Shown in pieces: positions 47,683 through 58,296 of a DNA stretch of 64,000 nucleotides. The position numbers were made by a program, and so were the translations under genes. The notes beneath the pieces were generated by a model. That model did no database searches. It had not been told where the DNA came from and saw only the letters and a program-made list of their open reading frames with translations. The stretch is from NCBI GenBank assembly GCA_963711735.1, contig CAVQFA010000005.1:199525-263524 (forward strand), read 5' to 3'. How positions within the stretch are numbered: position 1 is the first letter of the stretch; each line of letters begins with the position of its first letter. This DNA comes from Candidatus Gottesmanbacteria bacterium. GTDB taxonomy: Bacteria; Patescibacteriota; Microgenomatia; UBA10105; UBA927.

Positions 47683-48750
47683 ATGTTTAATTTTCTCTTT
47701 GGACTTTTTTCCCATGACCTCGGAATTGACCTCGGAACTGCCAATACTCTTGTGTATGTGAAGGGCAAAGGTATCATGATCAGGGAACCTTCCGTTGTTG
47801 CGCGCCACAGGAAAACAAAGGCAATTATTGCAATAGGCATGGAGGCTAAAAAGATGCTCGGGAAAACTCCCGGTACAATTGAAGCCCTCCGGCCTCTCAA
47901 AGACGGTGTGATTGCGGATTTTGATGCTGCGGAAGCCATGATATCCCATTATATCAAGCTTATCCACGATCTTCCGGGTAACGGACCATCGTTTCTGCCG
48001 AAAATTCCGCGTCCGAAGGTCGTTGTCGGTATCCCGTCCGGAGTAACCGAGGTGGAACGGAGAGCCGTACAGGAGGCGTGCCTCATGGCAGGAGCGCGTG
48101 AGGCGTTCCTTATAGAGGAACCTATGGCTGCTGCAATTGGAGCCAACCTGCCGATTCAGGAAAGCAATGGTAGCTTTATCTGCGATATAGGCGGGGGAAC
48201 AACGGAAATTGCGGTTTTGTCTCTCGGCGGGATTGTAGTGAACCGGTCTATCAGAACTGCCGGAGATGAGATGGATGAAGTCATAGCATCATATTTACGT
48301 CTGAAACACGGGATATTAGTCGGGGAACAGACAGCAGAGGAAATTAAAATTACCATAGGATCAGCGTATGCATCGGAAAAAAATGAAAAGCAGATGGTTG
48401 TGCGCGGTCGTGACATAGAATCCGGGCTGCCGAAGACGATTAAAGCTACAAGTGAAGAAGTGCGGGAAGCAATCATGCCTGTCATTCATGAGATTACTGA
48501 AGCGATAGCAGAAACGATTGAGGAGACTCCTCCTGAGCTTACAAGTGATATTGTGGAGCATGGTATCGTTATGGCGGGTGGCGGGTCACTCATGCCCGGC
48601 ATAGATACACTCATTGCAAAAGAAATGAAAATGCCGGTGTGGATAACCGATGATCCCCAGACTGCGGTTGTGAGAGGATGCGGAAAGCTTCTCGATGATG
48701 CAAAACTGCTTCAGACCGTCCGTGTTGCATCAAGGAAGATTTATAATTAA
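47683..48750 (+). CDS. mreB: Rod-shape-determining actin homolog MreB.
   Basis: GIDLGTANTLVYVKGKGI...; actin-fold phosphate-1/phosphate-2 motifs; 355 aa. Confidence 0.9.
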   Translation: MFNFLFGLFSHDLGIDLGTANTLVYVKGKGIMIREPSVVARHRKTKAIIAIGMEAKKMLGKTPGTIEALRPLKDGVIADFDAAEAMISHYIKLIHDLPGNGPSFLPKIPRPKVVVGIPSGVTEVERRAVQEACLMAGAREAFLIEEPMAAAIGANLPIQESNGSFICDIGGGTTEIAVLSLGGIVVNRSIRTAGDEMDEVIASYLRLKHGILVGEQTAEEIKITIGSAYASEKNEKQMVVRGRDIESGLPKTIKATSEEVREAIMPVIHEITEAIAETIEETPPELTSDIVEHGIVMAGGGSLMPGIDTLIAKEMKMPVWITDDPQTAVVRGCGKLLDDAKLLQTVRVASRKIYN

Positions 48751-48751
48751 T

Positions 48752-49315
48752 ATGGCTCTTGCTCATTTTATATCCCGTGTATTTGAACCGTCAGTCGTAT
48801 TACTTCTTTTTACGATCGGTGCGGTTTGGACAAGTACGTTAACACTCAGCGGAAAAGTAATTTTTCTTATCGCATTATTATTATGCATGTTTGTTCCGGT
48901 CATGCTCCTTCGTGTCTGGGCAGTGAAGAAGGGAATTTTGGGTGATTGGGATGTGTCCAAAAGGGAACAGCGTCCGAAAGCATTACTCGTTCTCTTGCTG
49001 CTGGGGTTTGTTAATCTCATTATTGTGAAAATATTCGGGGATGGGATGCTTTTCAGGATTTTTCTCGTTTTTTATGGATGGCTTCTCGGATTTTCTCTTA
49101 TTACGCTTTGGTGGAAAATTTCCGGACATGTCGGAATCACAACTCTGGCTGCGGGACTTATGTTTCATTCCCTCGGAATACACTATTGGCCGGTTCTCAT
49201 CTCCGTTCCGCTGGTTGGATGGTCACGGGTAACAACCGGAAATCACACTCCCAGTCAGGTTCTGGGAGGTGCCGCATATTCTTTTGTTATCATATGGCTT
49301 TATAGTTTAGTATAA
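48752..49315 (+). CDS. PAP2-superfamily membrane phosphatase-like protein.
   Basis: KREQRP (KxxxxxxRP-like), ISGHVG (SGH) and SRVTTGNH (SR...H) in order, within a polytopic membrane protein. Confidence 0.55.
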   Translation: MALAHFISRVFEPSVVLLLFTIGAVWTSTLTLSGKVIFLIALLLCMFVPVMLLRVWAVKKGILGDWDVSKREQRPKALLVLLLLGFVNLIIVKIFGDGMLFRIFLVFYGWLLGFSLITLWWKISGHVGITTLAAGLMFHSLGIHYWPVLISVPLVGWSRVTTGNHTPSQVLGGAAYSFVIIWLYSLV

Positions 49316-49338
49316 GAAGTTTTCGCAGGTATATTTAT

Positions 49339-51231
49339 TTGCTGCCATCTCACCAAGATATGAAATTCGGTAAAGCATTTTCCGATTCCGTCGTTTTACA
49401 CAAAAAACAGGAGACAAATATTTGGCATGACAAACCGGATGCCTGGTATCTGGGACGCGGAAGGATTTTGCTTTTTACAGTTATCCTTTTTGTCAGTTTT
49501 TTTATCCTCGTTATCCGGATGTTTCACCTGACAATTGTAAAAGGGAATGAGTATCGTTCAATTGCCGAAAGCAACCGTACGCGTGAGCTTGTCCGTCATG
49601 CTCCGCGCGGTATTATCAGGGACCGGACAGGCAAACCTCTCGTTACCAATGTTGCCAGGTACCGTTTGTTATATCCGTGTCCGACCAAATCTGAGGGATC
49701 TAAGGAATGCAGCAAAATAATTTCAAAAGAAGAAGGAGAGAAAATATCAAAAACAGGATTGCAGCCGGGTGAATTTCTTGAAGTTGATTACGAAAGAACG
49801 TATCCGTCAGGCTCAGACATGGCGCATCTGATAGGATATACGGGTGAGATTACCAAAATGGAACTGGACGAGCAGTATTTTCAGCTTCGCGCATACAGGT
49901 CCGGGGACAAAATTGGCAGGAGCGGTGTTGAAGCGGTGTTTGAAGACCGGCTCAGAGGCCGTGACGGCAAGGAACTCGTCGAAGTAGACGCAACAGGGAA
50001 GTTACTGCGGACACTTGGTATTGACCGTGAACAGCCGGGTACGGATGTTACGCTTGCAGTGGACGCGTCATTGTCCCGCGTTGTTGCCGGTGCATTTCCG
50101 GCTGGAAGAAAGGGTGCAATTGTTGTTACAAAACCGTCAACCGGCGAGGTCCTTGCATTGTATTCAAGTCCTTCGTTCGACCCGGAGATTTTTTCGCAGA
50201 CGCTCAGTACGGATACATATAGGGATGTGTTGAAAAATCCCGAGATGCCTCTTTTTAACCGTGCAGTCGGCGGAGAATACCCGCCGGGGTCTACTTTTAA
50301 ACTTATAACAGCCGTTGCCGGGCTGGAAGACAAGGCTATAACCTCACAAACGACGATTGTCGATACGGGTGTCGTGACAATCGGAACGTTCAGCTTTGCC
50401 AACTGGTATTTTACGCAGTACGGGAAAACAGAGGGAGCGGTTGATATCGTAAAAGCACTGCAAAGAAGCAATGACATCTTTTTTTATAAAGTAGGAGAAC
50501 GGTTGGGAATTACCAAACTCGCAGCATGGGCAAAAACATTCGGTATGGGTAGACTGACCGGCATTGAGCTCGATGGCGAGTCACCGGGGCTCATGCCTGA
50601 TCCGGCATGGAAAAAAAAGCATTTTTCAACTCAGGCTGAAATTGAAGCGCGGATGGATGCGTGGTATACGGGAGACACGTATCACGCTGCCATCGGACAG
50701 GGATATATGCTTGCGACACCTTTGCAGGTTAACACATGGACAAATATTGTGGCAGATAACGGGATTTTGTGCCGTCCGACTGTAGAAAAAATTCAGGTGA
50801 ATCATAAGCGCGTTTGTCAGGACCTTTCAATATCTCCGGATACTGTGAACATCGTTGTACATGGTATGGTAGGAGCATGTGGTGAGGGAGGGACGGGATG
50901 GCCGCTTGTAGGATTCGGAATTCCTAAATCTTCCCCTGCGGAATCTTCATCTTCAGGTCAGACGAAGGATAGTCTGAGGAGTATACCGGTTGCCTGCAAA
51001 ACCGGTACAGCAGAATTCGGGGATCCGACAGGAAAAACGCACGCCTGGTTTACGGTTTTCGCTCCGGTACCTGAGGAATATCTCGGGAAATCAGGAGCTA
51101 CGTCGAAAGAGGGTGAGTTATCCGGTGATCCGGAGATAACGGTCACTGTTCTTATTGAAGAGGGAGGAGAAGGTTCATCAGTTGCAGCGCCGATTGCCAA
51201 AACCATTCTTACATCATGGTTCGGACGGTAA
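49339..51231 (+). CDS. mrdA: Penicillin-binding protein 2 (transpeptidase), MrdA-like.
   Basis: N-terminal TM; PPGSTFKLITAV (SxxK), SNDIFF (SxN), KTGTAE (KTG). Confidence 0.85.
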   Translation: MLPSHQDMKFGKAFSDSVVLHKKQETNIWHDKPDAWYLGRGRILLFTVILFVSFFILVIRMFHLTIVKGNEYRSIAESNRTRELVRHAPRGIIRDRTGKPLVTNVARYRLLYPCPTKSEGSKECSKIISKEEGEKISKTGLQPGEFLEVDYERTYPSGSDMAHLIGYTGEITKMELDEQYFQLRAYRSGDKIGRSGVEAVFEDRLRGRDGKELVEVDATGKLLRTLGIDREQPGTDVTLAVDASLSRVVAGAFPAGRKGAIVVTKPSTGEVLALYSSPSFDPEIFSQTLSTDTYRDVLKNPEMPLFNRAVGGEYPPGSTFKLITAVAGLEDKAITSQTTIVDTGVVTIGTFSFANWYFTQYGKTEGAVDIVKALQRSNDIFFYKVGERLGITKLAAWAKTFGMGRLTGIELDGESPGLMPDPAWKKKHFSTQAEIEARMDAWYTGDTYHAAIGQGYMLATPLQVNTWTNIVADNGILCRPTVEKIQVNHKRVCQDLSISPDTVNIVVHGMVGACGEGGTGWPLVGFGIPKSSPAESSSSGQTKDSLRSIPVACKTGTAEFGDPTGKTHAWFTVFAPVPEEYLGKSGATSKEGELSGDPEITVTVLIEEGGEGSSVAAPIAKTILTSWFGR

Positions 51232-51234
51232 ACA

Positions 51235-51984
51235 TTACTCCCGTATATCGTCAAACGACCAGAACACAGTTCTATTAAAAATCATAATCCAGATCACATT
51301 TATAAACCGGATAATTACTTCCCTGATGAGGCGAATTGGTGAATGGAACCTTCTGCCGGACATATATACTTTTAAATCCCAACACCATTTCACAGTACCT
51401 ACCCGTTTCAGTTGCCGTGCCAGATATCTGTCTGACTGCAGGTTTACAGCAGTTGATAAACCGCCGATCTTTTCATAAGCATGTTTCCGGAATGCGATAT
51501 TTGCACCGATTGGCGAAAGAGTTCCCGTTACTTTCTGAAATTTCATAAGCAGGGTATTGCCGTATTTAAGTAATGACGACTTGTCCGAAAAGTAGCACGG
51601 CCCGCCGACGCATACCACCTCCGGATTTTCAAATTGCTTCATAAGAAACTCCATCCAATGGCGCCCGTGTGTTGTGTCGGCATCAGTAATTGCAATAATT
51701 GGAGCACGTGCCTGTGATATTCCCTTTAGGAAAGCGTATATATACCCTTTCCGTTTTTCGGATATGACACGGACATTTTTAAACGATGCAGCTATTGATG
51801 CAGTGTTATCGGTAGACGCGTTGTCTATAACGATTATTTCGTATGTATATGCAGTTTGCTGGCTATTCAGCGTTTCCAGACATTTTCCCAGTAAAAGTTC
51901 TTCGTTATATGCCGGAATGCAGATGGATACATCCGGTATGGTTGTACGAATATCAGTATTCCGCTCTGCTGGACTCCCATTCAT
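51235..51984 (-). CDS. Family-2 glycosyltransferase.
   Basis: ICIPAYNEE...IIVIDNASTDNT GT-A fold N-terminus with DxD region. Confidence 0.75.
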   Translation of the reverse strand: MNGSPAERNTDIRTTIPDVSICIPAYNEELLLGKCLETLNSQQTAYTYEIIVIDNASTDNTASIAASFKNVRVISEKRKGYIYAFLKGISQARAPIIAITDADTTHGRHWMEFLMKQFENPEVVCVGGPCYFSDKSSLLKYGNTLLMKFQKVTGTLSPIGANIAFRKHAYEKIGGLSTAVNLQSDRYLARQLKRVGTVKWCWDLKVYMSGRRFHSPIRLIREVIIRFINVIWIMIFNRTVFWSFDDIRE

Positions 51985-52007
51985 GTGTCAGACTATAATA
52001 CACGAAT

Positions 52008-52724
52008 ATGGCCGTAAAATCAGTAAGTGTCATTATTCCTGCATTAAACGAAGAGCGGACGGTCGCCGGTATTGTGCAGAGTGTTTTAACATGGAGGGAC
52101 GATGTACAGGTTATCGTTGTTGACGATGGGTCCATCGACGGGACATATGCATCAGTTGCGCGGTTTAAAACACGACTGACACTTATCCGTCAAAAAAATA
52201 TGGGGCAGGGGGCGGCTATCGCTGCAGGTTTGGTAAAAGCGCAAAACGAGATTATTCTCTGTATTGACGCGGATGTTACCTCGGTTACACATTTTGACCT
52301 TGACGCAATGATTGCACCTCTTGAAAAAGGTTCAGAAGATATGGCAATTGCAGTTCTCCAATACTGGAAAAAGGGGTCTTTTGAACCGTTTAACGACATA
52401 AGCGGCACGAGATCGTTTTTCAGGAAAAACGTTTTATCGCGTATAGATGAAATCCGGAAGAGTAAATACGGTATCACTGTTCTTATCAATGATATCCATG
52501 CCAAAAAGCGCGTTGGGTATGTACGGCTGCCGTATGTCTATGTTCTCGGAAAATTTGATAAACAATCCGTACCTGATGCGATGCGGACATATGTAAAAGA
52601 AGCGGCAGAGCTCACGTTTCAGGCACTTCGCCAACAGGCTAAAGACGTGACACCGTCCACGAAAAAGATTCTGAAAAGCATCCAATCCTACCTCAGATCC
52701 GCTCTCGAATACATCAACTCTTAA
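52008..52724 (+). CDS. Family-2 glycosyltransferase (Dpm1/GtrB-like).
   Basis: VSVIIPALNEE...VIVVDDGSIDGT...CIDADV. Confidence 0.75.
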   Translation: MAVKSVSVIIPALNEERTVAGIVQSVLTWRDDVQVIVVDDGSIDGTYASVARFKTRLTLIRQKNMGQGAAIAAGLVKAQNEIILCIDADVTSVTHFDLDAMIAPLEKGSEDMAIAVLQYWKKGSFEPFNDISGTRSFFRKNVLSRIDEIRKSKYGITVLINDIHAKKRVGYVRLPYVYVLGKFDKQSVPDAMRTYVKEAAELTFQALRQQAKDVTPSTKKILKSIQSYLRSALEYINS

Positions 52725-52752
52725 TGGTTTCCATGTGTGATAAAGTATATTT

Positions 52753-53859
52753 GTGGCAGATTGTGAGGACAGGAAGTATTTTCTCGCATTCAGTGTATTT
52801 CCCGGCATAGGTCCGGTACGGTTTCGGCTTCTTTATTCATATTTCAAATCAGCACGTAATGCCTGGAACGCAACTGTCAAAGATCTTGAAGATACGGGAC
52901 TCTACAATTCACTCGTTTCACGTTTTGATGAGTTTAGGCACACATTCGATATACCTGCATATTGCAGTAAACTCGCACAAATGGGAATTTCCTATCTTTG
53001 TTATACGGATGAAAAATACCCCGGACTTCTGAGAGAAATTTCTGATGCACCTATCGTTATTTATGTTAAAGGAAAGCGGGGAAAAGAACCGATTTCACTC
53101 GAAAGGACCATCGTCGTTGTCGGTACCCGCCGTATTACACCATACGGTCAGACAGTAACCCAAAAATTTGTGGAAGGGCTCGTTTCGTATGGTTTTACTA
53201 TTGTTTCAGGTATGGCGTATGGTGTGGATGCAGTTGCTCATACTTCAGCCTTAAAAGCTGGCGGATCTACAATTGCAGTCCTCGGTTGCGGTATTGACAT
53301 TATTGCTCCACCAAGTAATGCTTACTTATATACTGATATTGCATTATGCGGCAGGGGAGCGATCGTGTCGGAAATGCCACTCGGTCTTCGGCCAGGGAAA
53401 GGGCTTTTTCCCGCACGCAACAGAATTATCAGCGGATTGTCGCTTGGGGTAGTTGTAACGGAAGGTGCAGATGATTCAGGATCGCTTATCACTGCGCGGT
53501 ATGCCCTGGATCAGGGTCGTGAAGTGTTTGCGGTCCCGGGACCGGTCACAAGTCCGTACAGTAAGGGGCCTGCAAAACTCATAAAAAACGGGGCAAAACT
53601 GATAGAAACGACGGAAGATATCGTAGAAGAATTAGGAATATTGCCGACAACGAAGGGAAAAACCGGAAAGTCAAAGTCTCTCGGGAATACGGAGAGTGAA
53701 CGGGTAATCATCAAAATGCTCGAAAACGGTCCAAGGCATATTGACGAGATAAAAGGTGTAACAAACTTGACATTATCAGATGTAGCCGCTACCCTAACGG
53801 TTCTTGAAATGCGGGGATGTGTGAAAAATCAGGGGGATGCAGTATATACACTTATATAA
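52753..53859 (+). CDS. dprA: DNA-processing protein DprA (Smf).
   Basis: Rossmann-like core VVGTRRITPYG...IVSGMAYGVDAVAHTSAL...AVLGCGID...GLFPARNRIISG. Confidence 0.85.
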   Translation: MADCEDRKYFLAFSVFPGIGPVRFRLLYSYFKSARNAWNATVKDLEDTGLYNSLVSRFDEFRHTFDIPAYCSKLAQMGISYLCYTDEKYPGLLREISDAPIVIYVKGKRGKEPISLERTIVVVGTRRITPYGQTVTQKFVEGLVSYGFTIVSGMAYGVDAVAHTSALKAGGSTIAVLGCGIDIIAPPSNAYLYTDIALCGRGAIVSEMPLGLRPGKGLFPARNRIISGLSLGVVVTEGADDSGSLITARYALDQGREVFAVPGPVTSPYSKGPAKLIKNGAKLIETTEDIVEELGILPTTKGKTGKSKSLGNTESERVIIKMLENGPRHIDEIKGVTNLTLSDVAATLTVLEMRGCVKNQGDAVYTLI

Positions 53860-53860
53860 T

Positions 53861-55933
53861 ATGAAATTAATTATTGTAGAATCACCGACAAAAGCAAAAA
53901 CACTGACCAAATTTTTAAAAGGAACATACCGTGTTGAAGCGACGCTCGGGCATATCCGCGATCTCCCGAAAGGGGATTTCGGTGTAGATACCCAGCACGC
54001 ATTTACTCCGAAATATATCATTCCCCGCGACAAGCAAAAGCACGTGACGGATTTAAAACACGCGGCTTCTTCATCTGACAGTGTCATTCTGGCAACCGAT
54101 CCTGACCGGGAAGGTGAGGCAATTGCCTGGCACGTAGCCTCAATACTTACATCTGACGGTCTGAAATCACCGGGAAAATCAAAGAAACCGAATTCCAAGG
54201 ACGGGAAATCTGATCTGAAACACGTAACTGTTTCCATTGAGAATATGGAAAGGATTGTGTTTCATGAAATAACCAAAACTGCAATAGAAGAAGCACTTGC
54301 TCATCCGCGTGTCATTGATATGAAACTTGTACACGCTCAACAAGCCAGAAGAATACTCGATCGGATTGTGGGATATAAATTATCACCGCTTCTCTGGCAA
54401 AAATTATCGCGGAGATGGCTTTCAGCCGGACGCGTTCAGTCAGTGACGGTGCGTCTTATTGTCGAGAGGGAGAGAGAAATTGAAGCATTTAAAAAGATCC
54501 AATTTGTAACAATTGAAGGTACGTTTTCGGATGCTGCATCCAAAGAGCAAATCAAGGCAACGCTGGCATCCAAAAACGGTGTTGGGTACGAAAAAAAAGC
54601 AACGTACCCCCTTTTTGACGGTGAGTATTCCGTCACATATACAAGCATTCCGTCAGTAGATGAAGGTAATGCCATCATAAATGACATCAAAGCGCCGTAT
54701 ACAGTTACTGCGGTTGATAAAAAGGAAATACGGCGATCACCGCCCTATCCGTTTACAACAAGCACGCTTCAGCAGGAAGCGGGAAGAAAACTCTATTTTT
54801 CATCCAAAAAAACCATGCAGGTTGCCCAGAAGCTGTATGAAGAAGGTATTATCACATATCACAGAACTGACAGTGTAAATTTAGCGGACAAATTCGTGAG
54901 TGAAGCACGTACGTATATTACGAAACAGTACGGAAGTGAGTATATACCAGAGACGCCGAAAGTATATCATACGAAATCCAAGGTAGCTCAGGAGGCGCAT
55001 GAAGCCATCCGTCCGACTGATGTTGCCGCGGATCCGGGATCGCTTGCTGAAAATCCGATGTTAAACCACGACCATGTCCGGTTGTATGAGCTTATATGGA
55101 AGCGGGCTCTTGCATGTCAGTCAAATGACGCTGTGTTTGATTCGACAACGATCGTCATAACATCAGCGAACGGTTATGCATATCAGACTCAGGGATCAAT
55201 AATTAAATTTGAAGGATTTCTCAAAATTCTCGGGAGAGAAAACGGAGAAGCGGTAATTCCAAAAGTTATGGTCGGACAGGAACTGACGCGTACGGATGCT
55301 GTATGTGTCGAACATGCCACCAACCCGCCTCCGCGGTATACGGAAAGCTCGCTTGTGAAAGCACTTGAGGAGAAAGAAATAGGCCGTCCGTCGACATATG
55401 CACCGATTATTTCCACAATTATTGAACGCAATTACGTCGTGAAAGAGGAAAAAAAGCTCAAACCCACGGAGCTCGGGATGGCCGTCGTTGATTTTCTTGT
55501 AAAATATTTTCCGGACATACTCAGTCTCCCGTTTACGGCATCTATGGAAGGACAGCTTGATGCCATAGCAAACGGCCAGACCGATTGGGTTCCTGTGGTT
55601 GCGGCATTTTATGAACCATTTGCCAAAACGCTCGATGCGGCTTACATTACCGCGGAAAAAGTAAAAATGACGGTGGAGGAGACGGGGGAGTTATGTCCTT
55701 TATGCAATAGTCCCCTGGTGCTTCGGATCGGAAGATACGGAAAATTTATAGCCTGCAGTACCTACCCAAAGTGTTCTTATACCAAGCAGTTCCTGGAAAA
55801 GATTGATATCAAATGCCCGAAATGCAGCAGCCCCATGGTTATGAAAAAAAGCCGGAGGGGTAAAATGTTTTACGGGTGTTCAAGCTACCCGAAATGCACA
55901 TTCGCCGCGTGGAAAAAGGAAGATATCAAGTAA
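53861..55933 (+). CDS. topA: DNA topoisomerase I.
   Basis: TOPRIM N-terminus MKLIIVESPTKAKTL...GHIRDLP, active-site Tyr region, and C-terminal C4 zinc ribbons (CPLCNSP...CSTYPKC; CPKCSSP...CSSYPKC). Confidence 0.9.
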   Translation: MKLIIVESPTKAKTLTKFLKGTYRVEATLGHIRDLPKGDFGVDTQHAFTPKYIIPRDKQKHVTDLKHAASSSDSVILATDPDREGEAIAWHVASILTSDGLKSPGKSKKPNSKDGKSDLKHVTVSIENMERIVFHEITKTAIEEALAHPRVIDMKLVHAQQARRILDRIVGYKLSPLLWQKLSRRWLSAGRVQSVTVRLIVEREREIEAFKKIQFVTIEGTFSDAASKEQIKATLASKNGVGYEKKATYPLFDGEYSVTYTSIPSVDEGNAIINDIKAPYTVTAVDKKEIRRSPPYPFTTSTLQQEAGRKLYFSSKKTMQVAQKLYEEGIITYHRTDSVNLADKFVSEARTYITKQYGSEYIPETPKVYHTKSKVAQEAHEAIRPTDVAADPGSLAENPMLNHDHVRLYELIWKRALACQSNDAVFDSTTIVITSANGYAYQTQGSIIKFEGFLKILGRENGEAVIPKVMVGQELTRTDAVCVEHATNPPPRYTESSLVKALEEKEIGRPSTYAPIISTIIERNYVVKEEKKLKPTELGMAVVDFLVKYFPDILSLPFTASMEGQLDAIANGQTDWVPVVAAFYEPFAKTLDAAYITAEKVKMTVEETGELCPLCNSPLVLRIGRYGKFIACSTYPKCSYTKQFLEKIDIKCPKCSSPMVMKKSRRGKMFYGCSSYPKCTFAAWKKEDIK

Positions 55934-55945
55934 TATACATCTTTT

Positions 55946-56161
55946 ATGAAACGGACACGTATAATTCTCTTCGGTATAGGAATTATTATTTTCATTATCG
56001 GTGTCGGCATTTTTATTTCCGTAAAGCATGTTATATCGCCGATACCTGAGGAAGGTGCAATTGAAATAATTTATATCACACCGACACCTTCCGAAAAAAC
56101 AATACCGGTTTCACTTCCGCAGGATATTGATTCCGAAATTACTCCTTCGGATGTTCCCTGA
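55946..56161 (+). CDS. Small membrane-anchored hypothetical protein.
   Basis: 71 aa with N-terminal TM IILFGIGIIIFIIGVGIFI; weak. Confidence 0.3.
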   Translation: MKRTRIILFGIGIIIFIIGVGIFISVKHVISPIPEEGAIEIIYITPTPSEKTIPVSLPQDIDSEITPSDVP

Positions 56162-56194
56162 TCCGCCTCTTTTATATAATTTGCTGCATAGGGT

Positions 56195-56788
56195 ATGATA
56201 AAAAGTATGGAGTATTTATTTGAACTGGATCGGATGATTTTTCTGTGGATAAATCATTTTCCGCATACATCGTATTTGCAGACAATAGCTCTTTTTCTCT
56301 CCGGAATAGGATCATACGGTTTTGTCTGGTTTATTCTCGGTTTTTACATGTTTCTCCGTGAAGAGATTAAAGATCATACATTTTATCTTTTGTTTCTTCT
56401 TTCCGGGTTAGCGGGTTATTTGTTCGTTGAATTCATCCTGAAGCCGGGATTCGGAAGGATGAGACCCGGAGAATTAATAGGTGCGATAGTTACATCGTCA
56501 GACTTAAGTACCTCGTTTTCCTTTCCGTCAGGACATGCGACTATGGCATTCGCCTTGGCCTCAATCCTTGCGTACAAAGAAAAGAAGCTGGGAGTATTCT
56601 TTTATATCCTCGCGTTTTTTATTGCATTATCCCGCGTATATCTTGGTAAGCATTATCCTTCGGATGTCCTCGCCGGATCATTGATCGGATACTGTATCGG
56701 ACGCATGTGTATTTATGTATATACCAGCGGACTGTTTCACCGAATCCTTAAAAACACAAAAACGCGTAAACGGAAAAAAGAAGTATAA
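56195..56788 (+). CDS. PAP2-family membrane phosphatase (undecaprenyl-diphosphatase-like).
   Basis: R..PG, FPSGHAT and SRVYLGKHYPSDV motifs. Confidence 0.7.
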   Translation: MIKSMEYLFELDRMIFLWINHFPHTSYLQTIALFLSGIGSYGFVWFILGFYMFLREEIKDHTFYLLFLLSGLAGYLFVEFILKPGFGRMRPGELIGAIVTSSDLSTSFSFPSGHATMAFALASILAYKEKKLGVFFYILAFFIALSRVYLGKHYPSDVLAGSLIGYCIGRMCIYVYTSGLFHRILKNTKTRKRKKEV

Positions 56789-56795
56789 TAGCCTC

Positions 56796-57359
56796 ATGAT
56801 TAAGCTGAATGCACAGGAATTGCGTACATCCGTTCCGGATAAAGAAGCATATGCACAAATTCCCAAACACGAAATTACGATCATTCTGGATAACGTGCTT
56901 GATACGTATAACGTAGGGTCCATTTTCCGCTTGTCTGATGCCGTTGCAGCAAAAAAAGTGTATCTTACCGGACAGACACTTACGCCTCCGAACTCACGGA
57001 TAAAAAAAGCATCCATCAACACGTGGGGCTGGGTGGATTGGGAATACGCCGACACTGCAAAGGATGCCGTACAGCGGATAAAACGTGAGATACCTGATAC
57101 TTTGATTGTTGCCGTAGAACAGGATAAGCGAAGCATACCTTTCGCAAACGTCAGATATACACTCCCTCTTGCAATAGTAGTCGGAAACGAAACGTATGGC
57201 GTGTCGAAAGATGTTTTGGATATCTCAGATTTTATTGTTGAACTTCCGATGTACGGAGTGAACAAATCACTCAACGTCATGGTCTCAACGGGGATTATAC
57301 TGTATGAGATTATGAAACAACTGCCGCAGGGTAGCGGAAAGATCACCGAAACGCATTAA
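56796..57359 (+). CDS. SpoU/TrmH-family RNA 2'-O-methyltransferase.
   Basis: ILDNVLDTYNVGSIFRLSDA ... VVGNETYGVS ... ELPMYGVNKSLNVMVSTGIILYE (SPOUT motifs). Confidence 0.7.
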   Translation: MIKLNAQELRTSVPDKEAYAQIPKHEITIILDNVLDTYNVGSIFRLSDAVAAKKVYLTGQTLTPPNSRIKKASINTWGWVDWEYADTAKDAVQRIKREIPDTLIVAVEQDKRSIPFANVRYTLPLAIVVGNETYGVSKDVLDISDFIVELPMYGVNKSLNVMVSTGIILYEIMKQLPQGSGKITETH

Positions 57360-57368
57360 ATTTATAAC

Positions 57369-58052
57369 ATGAAGAGACACATCCTCATTTTCGGTATACT
57401 ATCCTTTATTATTTTTTTAGTATTCAGCCGGCAGGTGAAATATGGCTTCATGCGTGATGCTGATTTTGCCGTAACCGTTAAAATTCAGGAGAGGATAGAC
57501 AAATCACCACATCTTCGGAGCGCTGCGTTTATGGGAGATATATTGGAAGGATCACTATATGCCGCCGGTCCGGTTGTCTCTGTTGTTATTGTTGCTTTTT
57601 TAACCCTGGTTGTATTTATAGATATCAAACACAGGAAAGTAAGATTCTCTGCGCTTTTAATTCCTTTACTTTTTGCGTTGATGACTTGTGTTGAAATATA
57701 CGGGAAAACCGTCGTTCACCACCCGGCTCCGCCGTTTCTGTTTGTGAAAAATCCAATTTCACATTTTCCTCCGTATCATATTATTGAGGAATTTTCCTAT
57801 CCTTCCGGACACGCGGCACGCGCAGTATTTATGAGCATAGTTATGTTTTTTACTATACGATCATATATTCAAGGATCCGTTCAAAGACGAATCAGCATAT
57901 TGTTACTATTCTTCGGTGTAATCTATAGTATTCTCATTTCTCTTTCCGTAATATATCTTGGTCATCATTGGTTGTCTGATATTGTCGGAGGAGTTCTGTT
58001 GGGTTTTGGAGCCGGATTAGCACTTTATTTATCGGTACGGCATTACGCATAA
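57369..58052 (+). CDS. PAP2-family membrane phosphatase.
   Basis: YPSGHAARAVF and LGHHWLSDIVGG motifs. Confidence 0.7.
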   Translation: MKRHILIFGILSFIIFLVFSRQVKYGFMRDADFAVTVKIQERIDKSPHLRSAAFMGDILEGSLYAAGPVVSVVIVAFLTLVVFIDIKHRKVRFSALLIPLLFALMTCVEIYGKTVVHHPAPPFLFVKNPISHFPPYHIIEEFSYPSGHAARAVFMSIVMFFTIRSYIQGSVQRRISILLLFFGVIYSILISLSVIYLGHHWLSDIVGGVLLGFGAGLALYLSVRHYA

Positions 58053-58080
58053 AATATATATTTTTTGAACGCACAGCCTA

Positions 58081-58109
58081 TTGACTGCTGTGTGTCCCTT
58101 CGTTATAAT
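58081..58109 (+). promoter_or_regulatory. Consensus sigma70-like promoter TTGACT-17nt-TATAAT with an AT-rich upstream element; candidate rRNA promoter.
   Basis: TTGACT 58081-58086, TATAAT 58104-58109, ~240 nt upstream of 16S. Confidence 0.45.
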
Positions 58110-58296
58110 CTTTCTACAATGAGCGAGTAGGAGATCGATCAGCAAAGGTTAGATGGATAAATATCCCGACCACTGGTCGGGTTTTTTGATTCGTTAGTTA
58201 ATGAATAAATTCTTATTTATGAGTTTACTAACGATCAATTCAGATTTTTTAGAAACAAAAGAAAAAATCTGAACACCTTAATTCTTCTTCATTGTA

